A stretch of 64,000 nt of DNA, taken from NCBI GenBank assembly GCA_029260755.1, contig JAJDCQ010000115.1:24929-88928 (forward strand), given 5' to 3'. The translations under genes and the position numbers were made by a program. Below, piece by piece: positions 8,493-19,900 of the stretch. The DNA is from Planctomycetota bacterium (GTDB lineage: Bacteria > Planctomycetota > J058 > JAJDCQ01). A model generated the notes under the pieces. That model had not been told where the DNA came from, ran no database searches, and saw nothing but the letters and a program-made list of their open reading frames with translations. How positions within the stretch are numbered: the stretch's first letter is position 1; every line of letters starts with the position of its first letter.

Positions 8493-9443
8493 TCAAGACG
8501 AGCCTTCGTCCCGGCGTATCACGGGATTACGCAGCGTGCCGATCCCCTCGACCTCGCACTCGACGAGATCGCCGTCGCGAAGGAAGACGGGCGGGTCGCG
8601 AAACACGCCGACGCCGCCGGGGGTGCCGGTCGAGATGACCGTTCCGGGCTCGAGGTCGCAGAAGTCCGAGATCCACGCGACGAGGTGGGCCGCCGAGAAG
8701 ATGAGCTGGTCGGTGCGGCTCCGCTGCCAGACCTCTCCGTTGAGGCGCTGCTCCACGCCGAGATCGGCCGCGTCGCCGACCGCGTCCGGCGTGACGACGA
8801 CCGGCCCCATCGGCGCGAAGGTGCGCCACGACTTGGCCCGGCAGTACTGGCGGTCGCTCTTCTGGGCGGCGCGATCGCTCACGTCGTTGCAGACGGTGAA
8901 GCCGAGCACGTGCGCCAGCGCCCGCTCCGAGGGCACCGGCGCGCTCGCCCGCCGCCCGATCACGATCCCGAGCTCCGCCTCGGCATCGATCGCGTCGCGG
9001 CCCGCCGGCAACTCGATCGGCTCGCCGGGCCCGATCACCGAGGTGGGCGCCTTCGTGAAGAGCATCGGCTGCGCCGGCGGCTGCTTGTTCTGCTCCTCGG
9101 CGTGGTCCCGGTAGTTCAGCCCGACCGCCCAGATCACCGGCGGCCGGGCGATCGGCGCCGCGAGGCGCACCGCGTCGAGGCGCGGCGCGAGCGTGTCGTC
9201 GGTCGCGCCACCGCGGTCCGCGATGAGCGCCGCGGCCCGGTCGACCACCGCGGCGAGCTCGGCCCGAGGGCAGACCCCGTCCCGATCGAGGGTCGGGTGG
9301 CGCAGGAGCGTCCCGAGGTCGGCGACCCGCTCGGTCAGCCCACGCTGCTCGCGGAGGGCTCGCTCGAGGTCGACGACCCGGTCGCCGACGACGGCGCCCG
9401 GGACGCGCTTGCCGTGGGGATGATGGAAGGTACAGAGCTTCAC
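8493..9443 (-). CDS. Fumarylacetoacetate hydrolase (FAH) family hydratase/isomerase
   Basis: Similar to the FAH fold (2-keto-4-pentenoate hydratase-like): VKLCTFHH..., AVGLNYRDHAEE, ELGIVIGRRA. A probable GTG start (VKLCTF) is preceded by gaggga. Confidence 0.75.
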   Translation of the reverse strand: MKLCTFHHPHGKRVPGAVVGDRVVDLERALREQRGLTERVADLGTLLRHPTLDRDGVCPRAELAAVVDRAAALIADRGGATDDTLAPRLDAVRLAAPIARPPVIWAVGLNYRDHAEEQNKQPPAQPMLFTKAPTSVIGPGEPIELPAGRDAIDAEAELGIVIGRRASAPVPSERALAHVLGFTVCNDVSDRAAQKSDRQYCRAKSWRTFAPMGPVVVTPDAVGDAADLGVEQRLNGEVWQRSRTDQLIFSAAHLVAWISDFCDLEPGTVISTGTPGGVGVFRDPPVFLRDGDLVECEVEGIGTLRNPVIRRDEGSS

Positions 9444-9748
9444 GGGAGTCCCTCGGAGGCGGCGTGAGGAGGCAGTCCGCACAGCGTCATAAGGTCGGAC
9501 AGTTTAGCAACCGTCGTCGCTCGGCCGCACCCTGCGCGGCCACCTTGACACCCCTTCGCCAACGGCTAGAGTGGCGACCCTTCGCGACGGCGGAGCCTTG
9601 AAACACGGTGTTTTGCGTCCTCGCGGCGTCCGCGGTCATCCGCTTCGCTCGCGACGGCTGACCCCTCTCTCGGGGTCGCCGGGCCGGGGGGGTCGACGCG
9701 CGACTCACCGACATCACGAGCCCCCCCATACTTGGAGGTACAGGGTCT

Positions 9749-11419
9749 ATGTTGGAGCGCATCCGGCGCATGAGCGTCCTCGTCCCGGTCCTGCTCGCGG
9801 CCCTCGTGAGCGTTCCGCTCCTCGGCATCGCTCAGGATGGGGACGAAGAGGTCCTTCCCGAGAAGAAGTCGAGCCTCGGCGTCACCACCGTCGACAAGTA
9901 CGCCTACATCCCCGAAGAGGAGCTCCCGCCGGTCAAGGAGGCGAGCAACTACAAGTGGGATGACAGCGATCCGACCGTCGTCTTCCCGATCAACGTCTGG
10001 ATCGGCTGGGCGCCCATCATCGCCGCCAACGGCGGAACCGAGCCGAGCACCGACTCCTGGTTCTACAAGAACTACAAGTTCAAGGTCGACCTGAAGATCA
10101 TCGACAACCCCACCGAGGCGCGCGACGCGTTCAGCGCGGGCGAGAGCCACATCCTCTGGGGCACGCTCGACATGATGGTGCTCTTCAGCGAGGAGCTCCA
10201 GAAGGACAGCCGCACCAACCTCCGGATCTTCCAGCAGATCGACTGGAGCAACGGAGGCGACGGCGTCGTGGCCCGGAACGGGATCAAGAAGATCAACGAT
10301 CTCAAGCCGAGCGGCGGCAAGAAGAAGAAGATCGCCCTCGCGCAGTACTCGCCGAGCCACTACTACATGCTCAACCTCCTCTACTTCGCGGGCATCAACC
10401 CCGACGAGGTCGAGTTCAAGTGGACCCAGGACGCCTTCCAGGCGGCCGCCGCGTTCGTCGGCGACGAGACGATCGACGCGTGCGTGACGTGGGCGCCCGA
10501 CATCTACAACATCTCCGACCCCGAGAAGAGCGGCATCAAGGATGCGGCGCTGATCTCGAGCACGGTCGAGGCGAAGAAGGTGATCGCCGACGTCTGGGCC
10601 GCGCGGGCCGACTTCGCGCGGGACCACCCCGAGATCATCAAGGGCCTCGTGCACGGAGTGTTCGAGGGCATGAAGATGGTCAAGGCCGACCCGGGCAAGG
10701 TCGCGAAGATGGTCGACAAGGCCTACGACCTGCCCAAGGGCGAGGCCGAGGCCATGATGGCCGACGCGCACCTCACCAACTTCGCCGAGAACTACGACTT
10801 CTTCCTCAACCAGAACAACGCGGCGAACTTCGAGAACACCTGGGAGCAGATCTCGACGATCTACGGCCGGACCGGCTACGTGAAGAGCCCGCCGTCGTGG
10901 AAGGAAGTCCTCGACCCGCGCGTGATCGAGCAGCTCAAGGACGAGTACAAGGACTCGAAGAACGAGTACTCGGGCTCGGTCATCAAGATCGCACCCGGCA
11001 AGGACCCGAAGGGTAAGGAGGTCCTCACCCGGACCGTCCGGATCCACTTCGCGCCGAACTCGCCGGTCGTCGACTTCAGCTATCACCCCGAGTCCGAGAC
11101 GATCGTCAAGGAGCTCGGCCGGATGATCGCGCAGTTCGAGGACACGATCATCGTGATCGAGGGCCACGCGGACCGCTCCAAGTGGAACGACGCGAAGGCG
11201 CTCGGCGACGCCTACTTCAAGAAGCACGGCGAGCGCGTCGCGGACCTGAGCGAGCGTCGGGCGGGCGGCGTGCTGAACGCGCTGTTCAAGCAGTTCCCCG
11301 ACCTCAAGAAGGCCAAGGACCGGATCGTCACCGACGGCAGGGGCTGGGACAAGCCGCTCGCCAACGACGCGCTCAGCCGGCGCGTCGAGGTGAAGGTCAT
11401 GACGCCGGAGGCGGAGTAG
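9749..11419 (+). CDS. ABC transporter substrate-binding protein (NMT1/SsuA/TauA-like) fused to a C-terminal OmpA-like peptidoglycan-binding domain
   Basis: A signal peptide is followed by an NMT1/SsuA-like periplasmic binding domain, then a C-terminal TIIVIEGHADRS...LSERRAGGVLNALF...RVEVKV that matches the OmpA/MotB C-terminal domain. The ATG is preceded by ggagg. Confidence 0.75.
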   Translation: MLERIRRMSVLVPVLLAALVSVPLLGIAQDGDEEVLPEKKSSLGVTTVDKYAYIPEEELPPVKEASNYKWDDSDPTVVFPINVWIGWAPIIAANGGTEPSTDSWFYKNYKFKVDLKIIDNPTEARDAFSAGESHILWGTLDMMVLFSEELQKDSRTNLRIFQQIDWSNGGDGVVARNGIKKINDLKPSGGKKKKIALAQYSPSHYYMLNLLYFAGINPDEVEFKWTQDAFQAAAAFVGDETIDACVTWAPDIYNISDPEKSGIKDAALISSTVEAKKVIADVWAARADFARDHPEIIKGLVHGVFEGMKMVKADPGKVAKMVDKAYDLPKGEAEAMMADAHLTNFAENYDFFLNQNNAANFENTWEQISTIYGRTGYVKSPPSWKEVLDPRVIEQLKDEYKDSKNEYSGSVIKIAPGKDPKGKEVLTRTVRIHFAPNSPVVDFSYHPESETIVKELGRMIAQFEDTIIVIEGHADRSKWNDAKALGDAYFKKHGERVADLSERRAGGVLNALFKQFPDLKKAKDRIVTDGRGWDKPLANDALSRRVEVKVMTPEAE

Positions 11420-11535
11420 TCATCCGCCGCTTCGCACCGGTGTAGCCTGATTCACGAGGCGGGCGGCAGCGTCGAGCGACGATGCCGCCCGCTTCGCTTC
11501 CCGAGCACCGACCGTCGCTGCCGGAGGGGGAGGTC

Positions 11536-13566
11536 ATGACGAACCGTCTGATGGGCATCGCCCTCGCCGTGGTGATGGCGCTCTTCGCGGCCGGCGCCAC
11601 GCAGATGCGGAGCGCCGAGCTCGAGCGCGCGGCCAAGCCCGCGATCGAGGCGAAGGCGCTCGAGCTTCGCGCCGAAGGCAAGTCGGACGACGAGATCGAC
11701 ATCGCGGGCGACACGATCCGCAACCAGGTCGGTCAGAACCCGCCGACGTTCGCGACGATCCTGAGCGTCATCAGCGTCCTCGCGGTGATCGCCGGGATCG
11801 GCGGTCTCGCCTGGGCGTTCGCCGGGTTCCTCTTCCCGATCCGGGAGCCGCTGGGGCGGCTGAGCAAGAACCTCCACAGCGCCGCGTTCGTCGTCGTCGT
11901 CATCCTGCTCTGGCTTGGCGCGACGACCGGAGCGAAGGACAAGCGGTTCCTCGGGCCGAAGATCCTCCCCGGGCCGGCCGAGTTCTACGAGGAGTTCCCG
12001 AAGCTCATCCGAGGGACCGACTGGGAGGACTGGGGCCTCTGGTCACGCGATGAGCCCGAGCATCTCCGTCAGCCGAACGATCCGGGCGACGACAAGCCCG
12101 AGAAGCAGGAGGCGGCCCAGGCTCAGCGCGCATGGGTGGCGCTGCTCCGGCTCGACTGGCACGACCGGGTCGCCGGAGGCGAAGGGCTCGAGAAGCTCCC
12201 CGTCGCCGAGCAGGACGCGGTGGCGAAGGCCGAGGGCTTCGAGGGGATCGCCCAGCTCGAGGGCTGGTGGGCGAAGACCGAATCGATGCCGGCGGCCGGC
12301 CGGGAGGCGCGCAAGCTGCGCGCGTTCCGGAGCTCGATCGGCGACGAGCAGGACGACGCCCTCCGGGCGCGGAGGCTCGACCGACTCGTCCTCGGCGACG
12401 AGGAGGTCGAGGGGACCGACGATCTCGCCAGGGCCAAGCGCGTCCTCGTGGCGTGGGCGCGCGCCCTCGTCGACGCCGAGCTCGCGGCAGACCGCCTGAC
12501 CCCCGACGAGCTCAAGGCCGAGGTCGCCGCGGCGATCGGCAAGGCGTCGGCCTTCGACCTGACGCCCGATCAAGGCAAGGCGATCGCCGACTTCTACGAC
12601 GACGCGCGGCCGATCCACGCCCGGTTCGTCGCGTCCGGCCTGGCCGGCGTCGCCGACGGCGCGCAGCTCGAGGACTGCTTCGCGGCGATACGCGAGGCCC
12701 GGTGGACGGCGGCGGTCGCCGGTGAGAGCCTCGCCGACTCCGCCGCCTTCGAGGCGCTCTGGAAGGGCGTCCTCGACGGCGCCGGCGAGGAGCGCGAGGC
12801 GCTCGAGGAGTTCCGCCAGAAGCTCGGCTCGACGGCGACGCGGATCGGCGACCAGCGCCGGCCGAAGCGCTTCCGGGACATCGACGAGTGGCACGCGGTG
12901 CCCTACTGGGCCTGCGACCGGGTGCTCCGCGTGGTCATGGGTCACGACTGGCAGGAGTGGAAGCTGCTCAACGACACGCTCATCACGTTCCTGAGGATCG
13001 CGATGGGCTTCTGCTGGGCGGCCCTCCTCGCCGTCCCGCTCGGGATCCTGATGGGCAGCTTCGTGCGGTTCCGCGCGTTCTTCGAGCCGCTCCGGGTCTT
13101 CGGGCTCTACGTGCCGCTTCCGCTCCTGCTGCTGCTGTTCATGGCGATCTTCGGCCTGAGCGAGCAGCAGAAGGTCGCCTTCGTCGCGCTGTCGATCTCG
13201 GTCGTGCTCCTGCCCAACACGATCCTCGCGGTCGAGAGCGTCCCGCAGGTGTTCATCGACACCGGCTCGACCCTCGGCGCGACGCGCGCGCAGATCGTTC
13301 GCCGGGTGCTCGTCGGCATCTCGTGGGGCGACATCTTCCGGGCGCTGCGCCTCGGGTTCGCGGTGGGCTGGACCTGGATCCTGGTCGCCGAGGCGATCGG
13401 CGCCGAGAGCGGGCTCGGCTACCGGGCGAGCGTGGCGCAGAAGCGCGGGCTCACCTCGATCATCTACTTCATCATCATCGAGATCGTGTTCCTCGGATAC
13501 GTGATCAACAAGCTGTGGGCCGTCCTGGAAGGCAAGCTCTTCCCGTATCGCCAGGTCTCGGAGTAG
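11536..13566 (+). CDS. ABC transporter permease (SsuC/TauC-like binding-protein-dependent component) with a ~430-aa N-terminal extension
   Basis: The C-terminal ~250 aa form a typical BPD_transp_1 permease (…[39 protein letters not shown]…). The N-terminus adds TM helices and a charged helical region. The chosen ATG at 11536 is preceded by ggaggggagg. Confidence 0.7.
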   Translation: MTNRLMGIALAVVMALFAAGATQMRSAELERAAKPAIEAKALELRAEGKSDDEIDIAGDTIRNQVGQNPPTFATILSVISVLAVIAGIGGLAWAFAGFLFPIREPLGRLSKNLHSAAFVVVVILLWLGATTGAKDKRFLGPKILPGPAEFYEEFPKLIRGTDWEDWGLWSRDEPEHLRQPNDPGDDKPEKQEAAQAQRAWVALLRLDWHDRVAGGEGLEKLPVAEQDAVAKAEGFEGIAQLEGWWAKTESMPAAGREARKLRAFRSSIGDEQDDALRARRLDRLVLGDEEVEGTDDLARAKRVLVAWARALVDAELAADRLTPDELKAEVAAAIGKASAFDLTPDQGKAIADFYDDARPIHARFVASGLAGVADGAQLEDCFAAIREARWTAAVAGESLADSAAFEALWKGVLDGAGEEREALEEFRQKLGSTATRIGDQRRPKRFRDIDEWHAVPYWACDRVLRVVMGHDWQEWKLLNDTLITFLRIAMGFCWAALLAVPLGILMGSFVRFRAFFEPLRVFGLYVPLPLLLLLFMAIFGLSEQQKVAFVALSISVVLLPNTILAVESVPQVFIDTGSTLGATRAQIVRRVLVGISWGDIFRALRLGFAVGWTWILVAEAIGAESGLGYRASVAQKRGLTSIIYFIIIEIVFLGYVINKLWAVLEGKLFPYRQVSE

Positions 13567-13609
13567 GCGAGTCCCGAAGGAAGCGAGCGATCACGCTGGA
13601 GGATCGAAC

Positions 13610-14572
13610 GTGAACATCGACAAGGAGCACGTGGTCCACAAGAGCCCTCCCAAGGCGGGGGAGCTCCACAAGGACTACAGCGACTACATCATCACGTTCG
13701 AGAACGTGACGAAGAGGTTCGGCGACTTCACCGCGGTGAAGGACGTGAACTTCGAGGTCTACGACATCCCCGAGAAGGGCGAGTTCATCTCGATCCTCGG
13801 CCCGTCGGGCTGCGGGAAGTCGACGATCCTGAACCAGATCGCGGGATTCTACGGGCCGAGCTCGGGGCGGGTGCTCCAGCGAGGGAAGCCGATCACCGGT
13901 CCGGGCGCCGACCGCGGCATGGTCTTTCAGACCTACTCGTCGTTTCCTCAGCTCAAGGTCTGGCAGAACATCGCGTTCGGCATGGTGATCCAGGAGCTGA
14001 AAAGACCGAAGAATCCGGCCCTAAAGCTCCTGGATTCGTTCATCGGGATCCAGGGAGCCCGGAAGCGGGACCTGAAGGAACGTGCTTTGCTCTGGGTCGA
14101 CCGTGTCGGCCTCAAGGGCAATCACGAGAAGTACCCCCACCAGCTCAGCGGTGGCATGCGTCAGCGGGTCGCGCTGGCGCGCACCCTCGCCGTCAAGCCA
14201 GAGATCATCCTCATGGACGAGCCGTTCGGCGCGCTCGACCGGATCACCCGCTGGGAGATGCAGGATCTCCTGGTCTCTCTCTGGCGTGAGAAGCAGGCGA
14301 CGGTCTTTCTCATCACACACGACATCGGCGAGGCCGTCTACCTGGGCGATCGGATCTACATCCTCAGCGAGAGCCCGGGCACCATCTCCGAGGAGGTGGA
14401 CGTCCCGCCGCCCGACGAGCCCGCGGCCGTCATGCAGCGTCGGAACGAGTTCAGCGAGATCGTGAACGAGATCTCGATGAAGGTGGAGTACGAGGGCGGC
14501 GCCGAGGGCGCGCCTGCCAAGGAAGAGAAGGTCGAGGGCGTGAAGCTCGACGTCCCCGCAAAGCGAGCGTAG
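13610..14572 (+). CDS. ABC transporter ATP-binding protein (NitT/TauT family)
   Basis: Walker [16 protein letters not shown] signature [15 protein letters not shown] and Walker [12 protein letters not shown]. The start has a ggagga RBS. Confidence 0.85.
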   Translation: MNIDKEHVVHKSPPKAGELHKDYSDYIITFENVTKRFGDFTAVKDVNFEVYDIPEKGEFISILGPSGCGKSTILNQIAGFYGPSSGRVLQRGKPITGPGADRGMVFQTYSSFPQLKVWQNIAFGMVIQELKRPKNPALKLLDSFIGIQGARKRDLKERALLWVDRVGLKGNHEKYPHQLSGGMRQRVALARTLAVKPEIILMDEPFGALDRITRWEMQDLLVSLWREKQATVFLITHDIGEAVYLGDRIYILSESPGTISEEVDVPPPDEPAAVMQRRNEFSEIVNEISMKVEYEGGAEGAPAKEEKVEGVKLDVPAKRA

Positions 14573-14723
14573 CTCTCACGATCCGAAAGGGTTGTGACAT
14601 CCCGGGTCGACGAGACTTCTTGATAGCGCTCCGAAGGACCAGTAGACTCTAATCTCCCCGCGGCCTGACCGCCGCACCCGCGTTCCCATCCCGCGGGCCC
14701 AGGGACCTGAGAAGGAGACGAAG

Positions 14724-15380
14724 ATGGCTGACGAGAAGAAGAACGAGCAGCAGCAGGAGAAGAAGGGCGGGTCATTTCTGACCAAGCTGATCCTCATCCT
14801 TCTCGTGCTCATCATGGGCTTCGGCGGGTTCCTGATGTACCGCCACAGCAGCACGGTCGGGAAGGCGCCCTGGAAGTGGGGCGGCGAGGAGTGGAGCAGC
14901 TTCGCCTCGTTCGCGTCGGACGAGTCGAAGGAGATCGGATCGTCGGCGGCCGAGACCGCCAAGAGCGCCGGCGCGAAGCTCAAGGAGTGGGCCGGCAACC
15001 TCGACTCGCTCCTCAAGAAGGCCCGTCAGGGCACCGGTGAGGAAGAGGGCGGCACGGCGGTGACCGTCGGGACCGAGGGCACGGCGGCGAACGTCGACGC
15101 CGAGTGCCTCAACAGCTACCGCGAGGGCTGCAAGGCGCTCGCCGAGGCGGTTCCTCTCTACAAGCACGCGCAGAAGCTCCAGGTCGGCACCGGCGGCACG
15201 GCCCCGGATGCGACCGCCGCCTTCGAGAAGTACACCGAGGCGAAGAAGCACTTCGACACGGCCGTCACCAAGCTCGAGAAGGCCAAGGAGCTCGATCCGA
15301 ACGTCGACCCCGAGCTCGACGACCTGATCGGAGCGACCAAGGAGTGGCAGGAGGCGTGCGAGGAGACGATGAACGACTAG
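14724..15380 (+). CDS. Hypothetical membrane-anchored protein
   Basis: 218 aa with a strong RBS (aaggagacg), an N-terminal TM helix (LTKLILILLVLIMGFGGFLM) and a Lys/Glu-rich helical C-terminus. Confidence 0.5.
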   Translation: MADEKKNEQQQEKKGGSFLTKLILILLVLIMGFGGFLMYRHSSTVGKAPWKWGGEEWSSFASFASDESKEIGSSAAETAKSAGAKLKEWAGNLDSLLKKARQGTGEEEGGTAVTVGTEGTAANVDAECLNSYREGCKALAEAVPLYKHAQKLQVGTGGTAPDATAAFEKYTEAKKHFDTAVTKLEKAKELDPNVDPELDDLIGATKEWQEACEETMND

Positions 15381-15495
15381 TCTCGTTCGCGCCTTTCTTT
15401 CACGACTGACTGACTCACCGCCGCGGCGGTCGTCCCATCCGGGCCGACCGCCGCGCGCGTGTACGGCGGCGACTTGGCACTGACCGAAGGCAGTC

Positions 15496-15581
15496 CGCGC
15501 AATCCGTGAAATCCGCGGTTTCGTTCTCCCGTCACGAGCCGGGTGGAACCACGGATTTCGCGGATGACGCGGATTGCGAGC
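15496..15581. repeat. Palindromic intergenic repeat element, copy 2 (diverged)
   Basis: gcgcAATCCGTGAAATCCGCGG, then a core, then CCACGGATTTCGCGGATGACGCGGATTGCGAG. It has the same architecture as the copy at 1402. Confidence 0.6.
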
Positions 15582-15800
15582 TGCAGGCTCCAAGTCCATT
15601 GCCGACGATCCGCCGGTCTCGACTCGCAAATCCGTGGGATCCATGCATCCGTCGATCGAAACCGATCGAAGGGGCGCGCCTCGATCGCCCCCGCCCCGCG
15701 GCTTGCCCGCGTCTCTCTCTCAGTGTTAGATGCCGCCCTGCCCGCGAGCCCACCGTAGGTTCCGAAGCCGACCGACCCGACCGATCTCCGGAGGCATCCG

Positions 15801-16739
15801 ATGAAGCGTGCCTTGGCGTTCGCCGCCCTGACGGCATTCCTCGCCGTGACCGCGGCCATCCTCGTCGTCCCCGCCTCGACCCACGCCGCCGACGAAGAGC
15901 CGGCGACGCTCCCCGGCGGCCTCCGCAAGGTCTCGCCCGGCGAGTACGAGAACGAGGTCGACGGCAGTCGATGGGTCTACGTGCCCAGCTCGACCTTCAC
16001 GATGGGTCGGGATGACGGCGAGGCTGACGAGGGGCCGGCGCGCGAGATCCAGGTGTCGGCGTTCTTCATCCAGAAGACCGAGGTGTCGAACAAGCAGTAC
16101 GGCAAGTTCCTCGAGTGGTTCGGACGGACCCGCAGCTACCAGTACGCCCACAAGGACCAGCCGGCCGGTCAGAACCACCTACCGCGCTCTTGGGCACGCG
16201 AGGCGTACAAGAACTACAGCCCGACGCCCGATCACCCGGTCGTGTTCGTCTCCTTCTGGGACGCGTGGACCTACGCGGGCTGGGTCGGCGCCCGCCTGCC
16301 GACGGAGGCCGAGTGGGAGCTCGCGGCGCGCGGGACCGACGGGCGGAAGCACCCGTGGGGCGACGAGAAGGCGAGCGCGGGCGGCTTCTATCGAGCGAAC
16401 TACGGCACCGGCAAGCCGGGCGCCGATGGGTTCGAGACGACCGCGCCGGTCGGCAGCTTCCCCAAGGGCGCCTCGCCGTTCGGGTGCCTCGACATGGCAG
16501 GCAACGTCTTCGAGTGGTGCGGCGACTTCTACAGCTCGAAGTGGTACGACCAGATGCCCAAGAAGGACCCGAACAACATCGCGCCGGCGGCGCCGAAGCA
16601 CTCGGTGCGAAGCGTCCGGGGCGGCTCGTGGTCCGACCGGAGCAGCCTCCTCCGCTCGAGCTACCGCGACTACCGCAAGCCGGAGACCCAGGGCGCCATG
16701 ATCGGCTTCCGGTGCGTGATTCCCGCCCCGCAGAAGTGA
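15801..16739 (+). CDS. Formylglycine-generating enzyme (FGE/SUMF1) family protein, secreted
   Basis: Signal peptide plus FGE-sulfatase domain hallmarks (WEWC, RGGSW, FRC). Confidence 0.8.
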   Translation: MKRALAFAALTAFLAVTAAILVVPASTHAADEEPATLPGGLRKVSPGEYENEVDGSRWVYVPSSTFTMGRDDGEADEGPAREIQVSAFFIQKTEVSNKQYGKFLEWFGRTRSYQYAHKDQPAGQNHLPRSWAREAYKNYSPTPDHPVVFVSFWDAWTYAGWVGARLPTEAEWELAARGTDGRKHPWGDEKASAGGFYRANYGTGKPGADGFETTAPVGSFPKGASPFGCLDMAGNVFEWCGDFYSSKWYDQMPKKDPNNIAPAAPKHSVRSVRGGSWSDRSSLLRSSYRDYRKPETQGAMIGFRCVIPAPQK

Positions 16740-16888
16740 GGCTGACCCCGAGGCCCAGATCCGCAGATGCCCCGGGTCCTTCTCGACGTGATGATGTCGA
16801 CGCGGGACGACGTGGAACCGCCGGACTCACCATGCCGCACGGCGTTGACACTTCTCCGAAAGGCGGATTAGAATGTCCGTCCGCCCGG

Positions 16889-16906
16889 TTGTGAAAAAAG
16901 TCACAA
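16889..16906. promoter_or_regulatory. CRP/FNR-type palindrome TTGTGA-N6-TCACAA about 80 bp upstream of the octahaem cytochrome gene
   Basis: A perfect TGTGA aaaaag TCACA inverted repeat, the CRP-family consensus spacing, sits in the 244-bp intergenic region before the respiratory cluster. Confidence 0.4.
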
Positions 16907-16982
16907 GCCCGCAAACCAGCCGTCCTTAACGTAACCGCGACGCTCACGCTAACGTCCAGCGTGCGGAGGAGATAGGGCGAAC

Positions 16983-19900
16983 ATGGCGAATCCAGCGCCG
17001 AGAGGGTTCCGAGAAGGTCCGTACGACATCGGGACTCTGAACAAGGTCTTCGCGGTCTCCAGCATCGCGATGCTCATCTCGCTGGTTCTGCTCGTCTGGG
17101 ACGACTACGCCCGCGAGTGGAAGCACGTGCAGGGCGAGTTCCGCGAGATCGAGATCGAGCGGGCCGAGACCGCTCTGGCCGCGGAGCGTGCGCGGCTCGA
17201 GGCCGAGGACGCGAAGCGCCTCGGGGAGCTCGAGGCCGCCCTCGCCGCCGGCGAGAAGTCGATCGCGTCGAGCGAGTCCGAGATCGCGCGGATCGAGGCC
17301 GAGATGCGGCTCACGAACGCGACCGTCCAGCGACTCGGGCTCGACTACGCCAACCTCAAGTCCGAGGTCGACGCCCTCGACTACGAGATCTCGGTCTACG
17401 ACGAGCACCACGACCCCCGCCAGGATGGCGCCGTCACCCGCCGCAAGCGGATGAAGGCGGAGCTCGACGCGATCTTCATCGCGAAGGAAGAGGCGGACAC
17501 GACCCTCCTCGCGCAGAAGGAGGCGCTCGCGAAGGTCTACGCGACGAAGACCGAGGCCGAGGCCGCCCTCGCCGAGATCAACACCGAGGCGGTCCGTCTC
17601 GAAGGCGCCCTCGACAAGATCGCCCACAAGGTGATCAACGATCTCATGCTCGACGCGCCGCTGCTCGACTTCGTCGCGCCGACCCTCAAGATCGACCAGA
17701 TCGTCCTGCCCCATCTCCAGGACGACCTCTACTTCGCGAAGATCTACAAGGTCGACCGCTGCCAGACCTGCCATCTCGCGATCGATCGCGCCGGTTACGG
17801 TGAGGAGGTCCCCGAGGTCTTCCGGACGCACCCGAACCTCGACCTCTACATGTCGGCCACCTCGAAGCACCCCAAGGGCAAGTTCGGGTGCACGATCTGC
17901 CACGACGGGATGGGCCACGCGGTCGATTTCGTCCGCGTCGCGCACATGCCCGACGTCGAGCCGCTCGACAAGAGCCATCAGCCGGCCGACGACGATCACG
18001 TCGGCGGCGGCGGCCACGGCGGCGAAGGCTGGTTCGACCGCCCCGACCGCGAGCGCTGGCACGAGGAGCTCGACTGGCACCAGCGCCACCACTGGGCGGA
18101 GCCGATGGTCCCGCTCTCGCTCGTCGAGGCGCGTTGCATGAACTGCCACGCGACCAACCGGCCGCTCGAGGGCGCCGACACGCTCAACGCCGCCCGCAAG
18201 ACGATGGAGAAGGCCGCCTGTTACGGCTGCCACAAGATCCGCGGCTACGATGCGATGCCGAAGCCGGCGCCGCCGCTCACCCACGTCGGCGACAAGCTCG
18301 ACCACGACTGGGTCTTCGCCTGGCTCAAGAACCCGCGCCACTTCCGGCCGTCCACCTACATGCCGCGGTTCTTCGACCTCGACAACGTCGATGAGATCGA
18401 GCGCTACGGGGAGGAGGCGATCTTCTACCCGGCGCGCCAGAACCTCGAGGCGCTCGCGATCACCGACTACCTCTACTCGGTCTCCGGCAACCGCGGCTAC
18501 CAGACGGTGGACGGCGGCGACGCCGAGGCCGGTGAGGCCTCCTTCCACGAGCTCGGTTGCGCCGCGTGCCACGTCAACGACGGCAGCCCGCTCTCCGAGA
18601 CCGACGCGACCCAGGAGTACGGTCCCGAGCTCTCGCGCATGGCCGAGAAGCTCGCATCCGGCGGCGGCGCGACGTGGGTATACAACTGGGTCCGCGACCC
18701 GAAGCACTACTACGCCGACGGCAACATGCCGAACCTGCGGCTCACCGAGGACGAGGCGAAGGACATCGCCGCCTACATCACGTCGCTGAAGAAGAACGGG
18801 GCCGCGAAGGCGACCGTGCCCTTCGCCCTCGACGACGGGATCGACACCTCGGGCACCGACCCGCGCACCTACCGGGACATGCTCCGCGCCCTCGCGATCG
18901 AGCACCTCCGCGATCGCCTCACCGCGAGCGCCGCCGAGAAGGAGATCGGGCGCTGGAAGGCGGAGGCCGGCACCGACGCGAAGCTCGACGCGCGCCTCAT
19001 GAGCTACGTCGGCGAGCGGACGATCAATCACTACGGTTGCTTCGGCTGCCATGACATCCCGGGCTTCGAGGGACGGCTGGGCATCGGCGCCGAGCTCTCG
19101 ACGATCGGCAGCAAGATCCTCAGCCAGTTCGATTTCGGCCACGTCGCGATCGAGCACTCGCGGATGGACTGGATCGCGCAGAAGCTCGACGAGCCGCGGA
19201 TCTTCGACGTGACGAAGATCAAGGCCCCGCGCGACAAGCTGAAGATGCCGAAGTTCGGGTTGACGAAGGAGGAGGTGAAGGCGATCACCATGTTCCTCCT
19301 CGGCCTGACCGATCGTGAGGTCGGCCCGCACTACGAGTACAACCCCGGCGAGCGCCAGCGGGCGCTCACCGAGGGGCGGCACCTCATCGAGGACAAGAAC
19401 TGCATCGCGTGCCACTACTTCGAGGTGCCTCAGTGGAGCCTGGTCCTCGAGCGCGACGCGACCGAGGACGAGCCCGCCGAGCGGCGTGAGATCTCGTTCC
19501 AGGGACTCAAGCTCCTCGACACGCGGCCGCTTCAGAGCTTTGATTACCACGAGGCGGCCGAGGAGGGCGAGGATCCGCTGGTCGACCCCGAGGAGCCGAT
19601 CCCGTTCCCGGTCAACTTCGAGCTCTGGAGCGCGGTTCCGAGCCTCGGTCTGCCTGCCGGCGCGACGTTGAATCTCACCTACAACGCCCCGCCCAAGACG
19701 CCGGAAGAGGACTACGAGCCCGAGCCGACCTGGCTCCTCGAAGCCGGCGCCGAGTCGATCGGCTTCGACCGGGTCGACATGATCAAGTCCGGCGGTCTCG
19801 GCGGTCGCCTGGCCGAGCAGGTCACGAGGCGGGCGCTCCTCGACGCGGACGGGATCGATCTCGAGAACCTGGTCGAGACGGCCGCGGGCGAGAACGAGCT

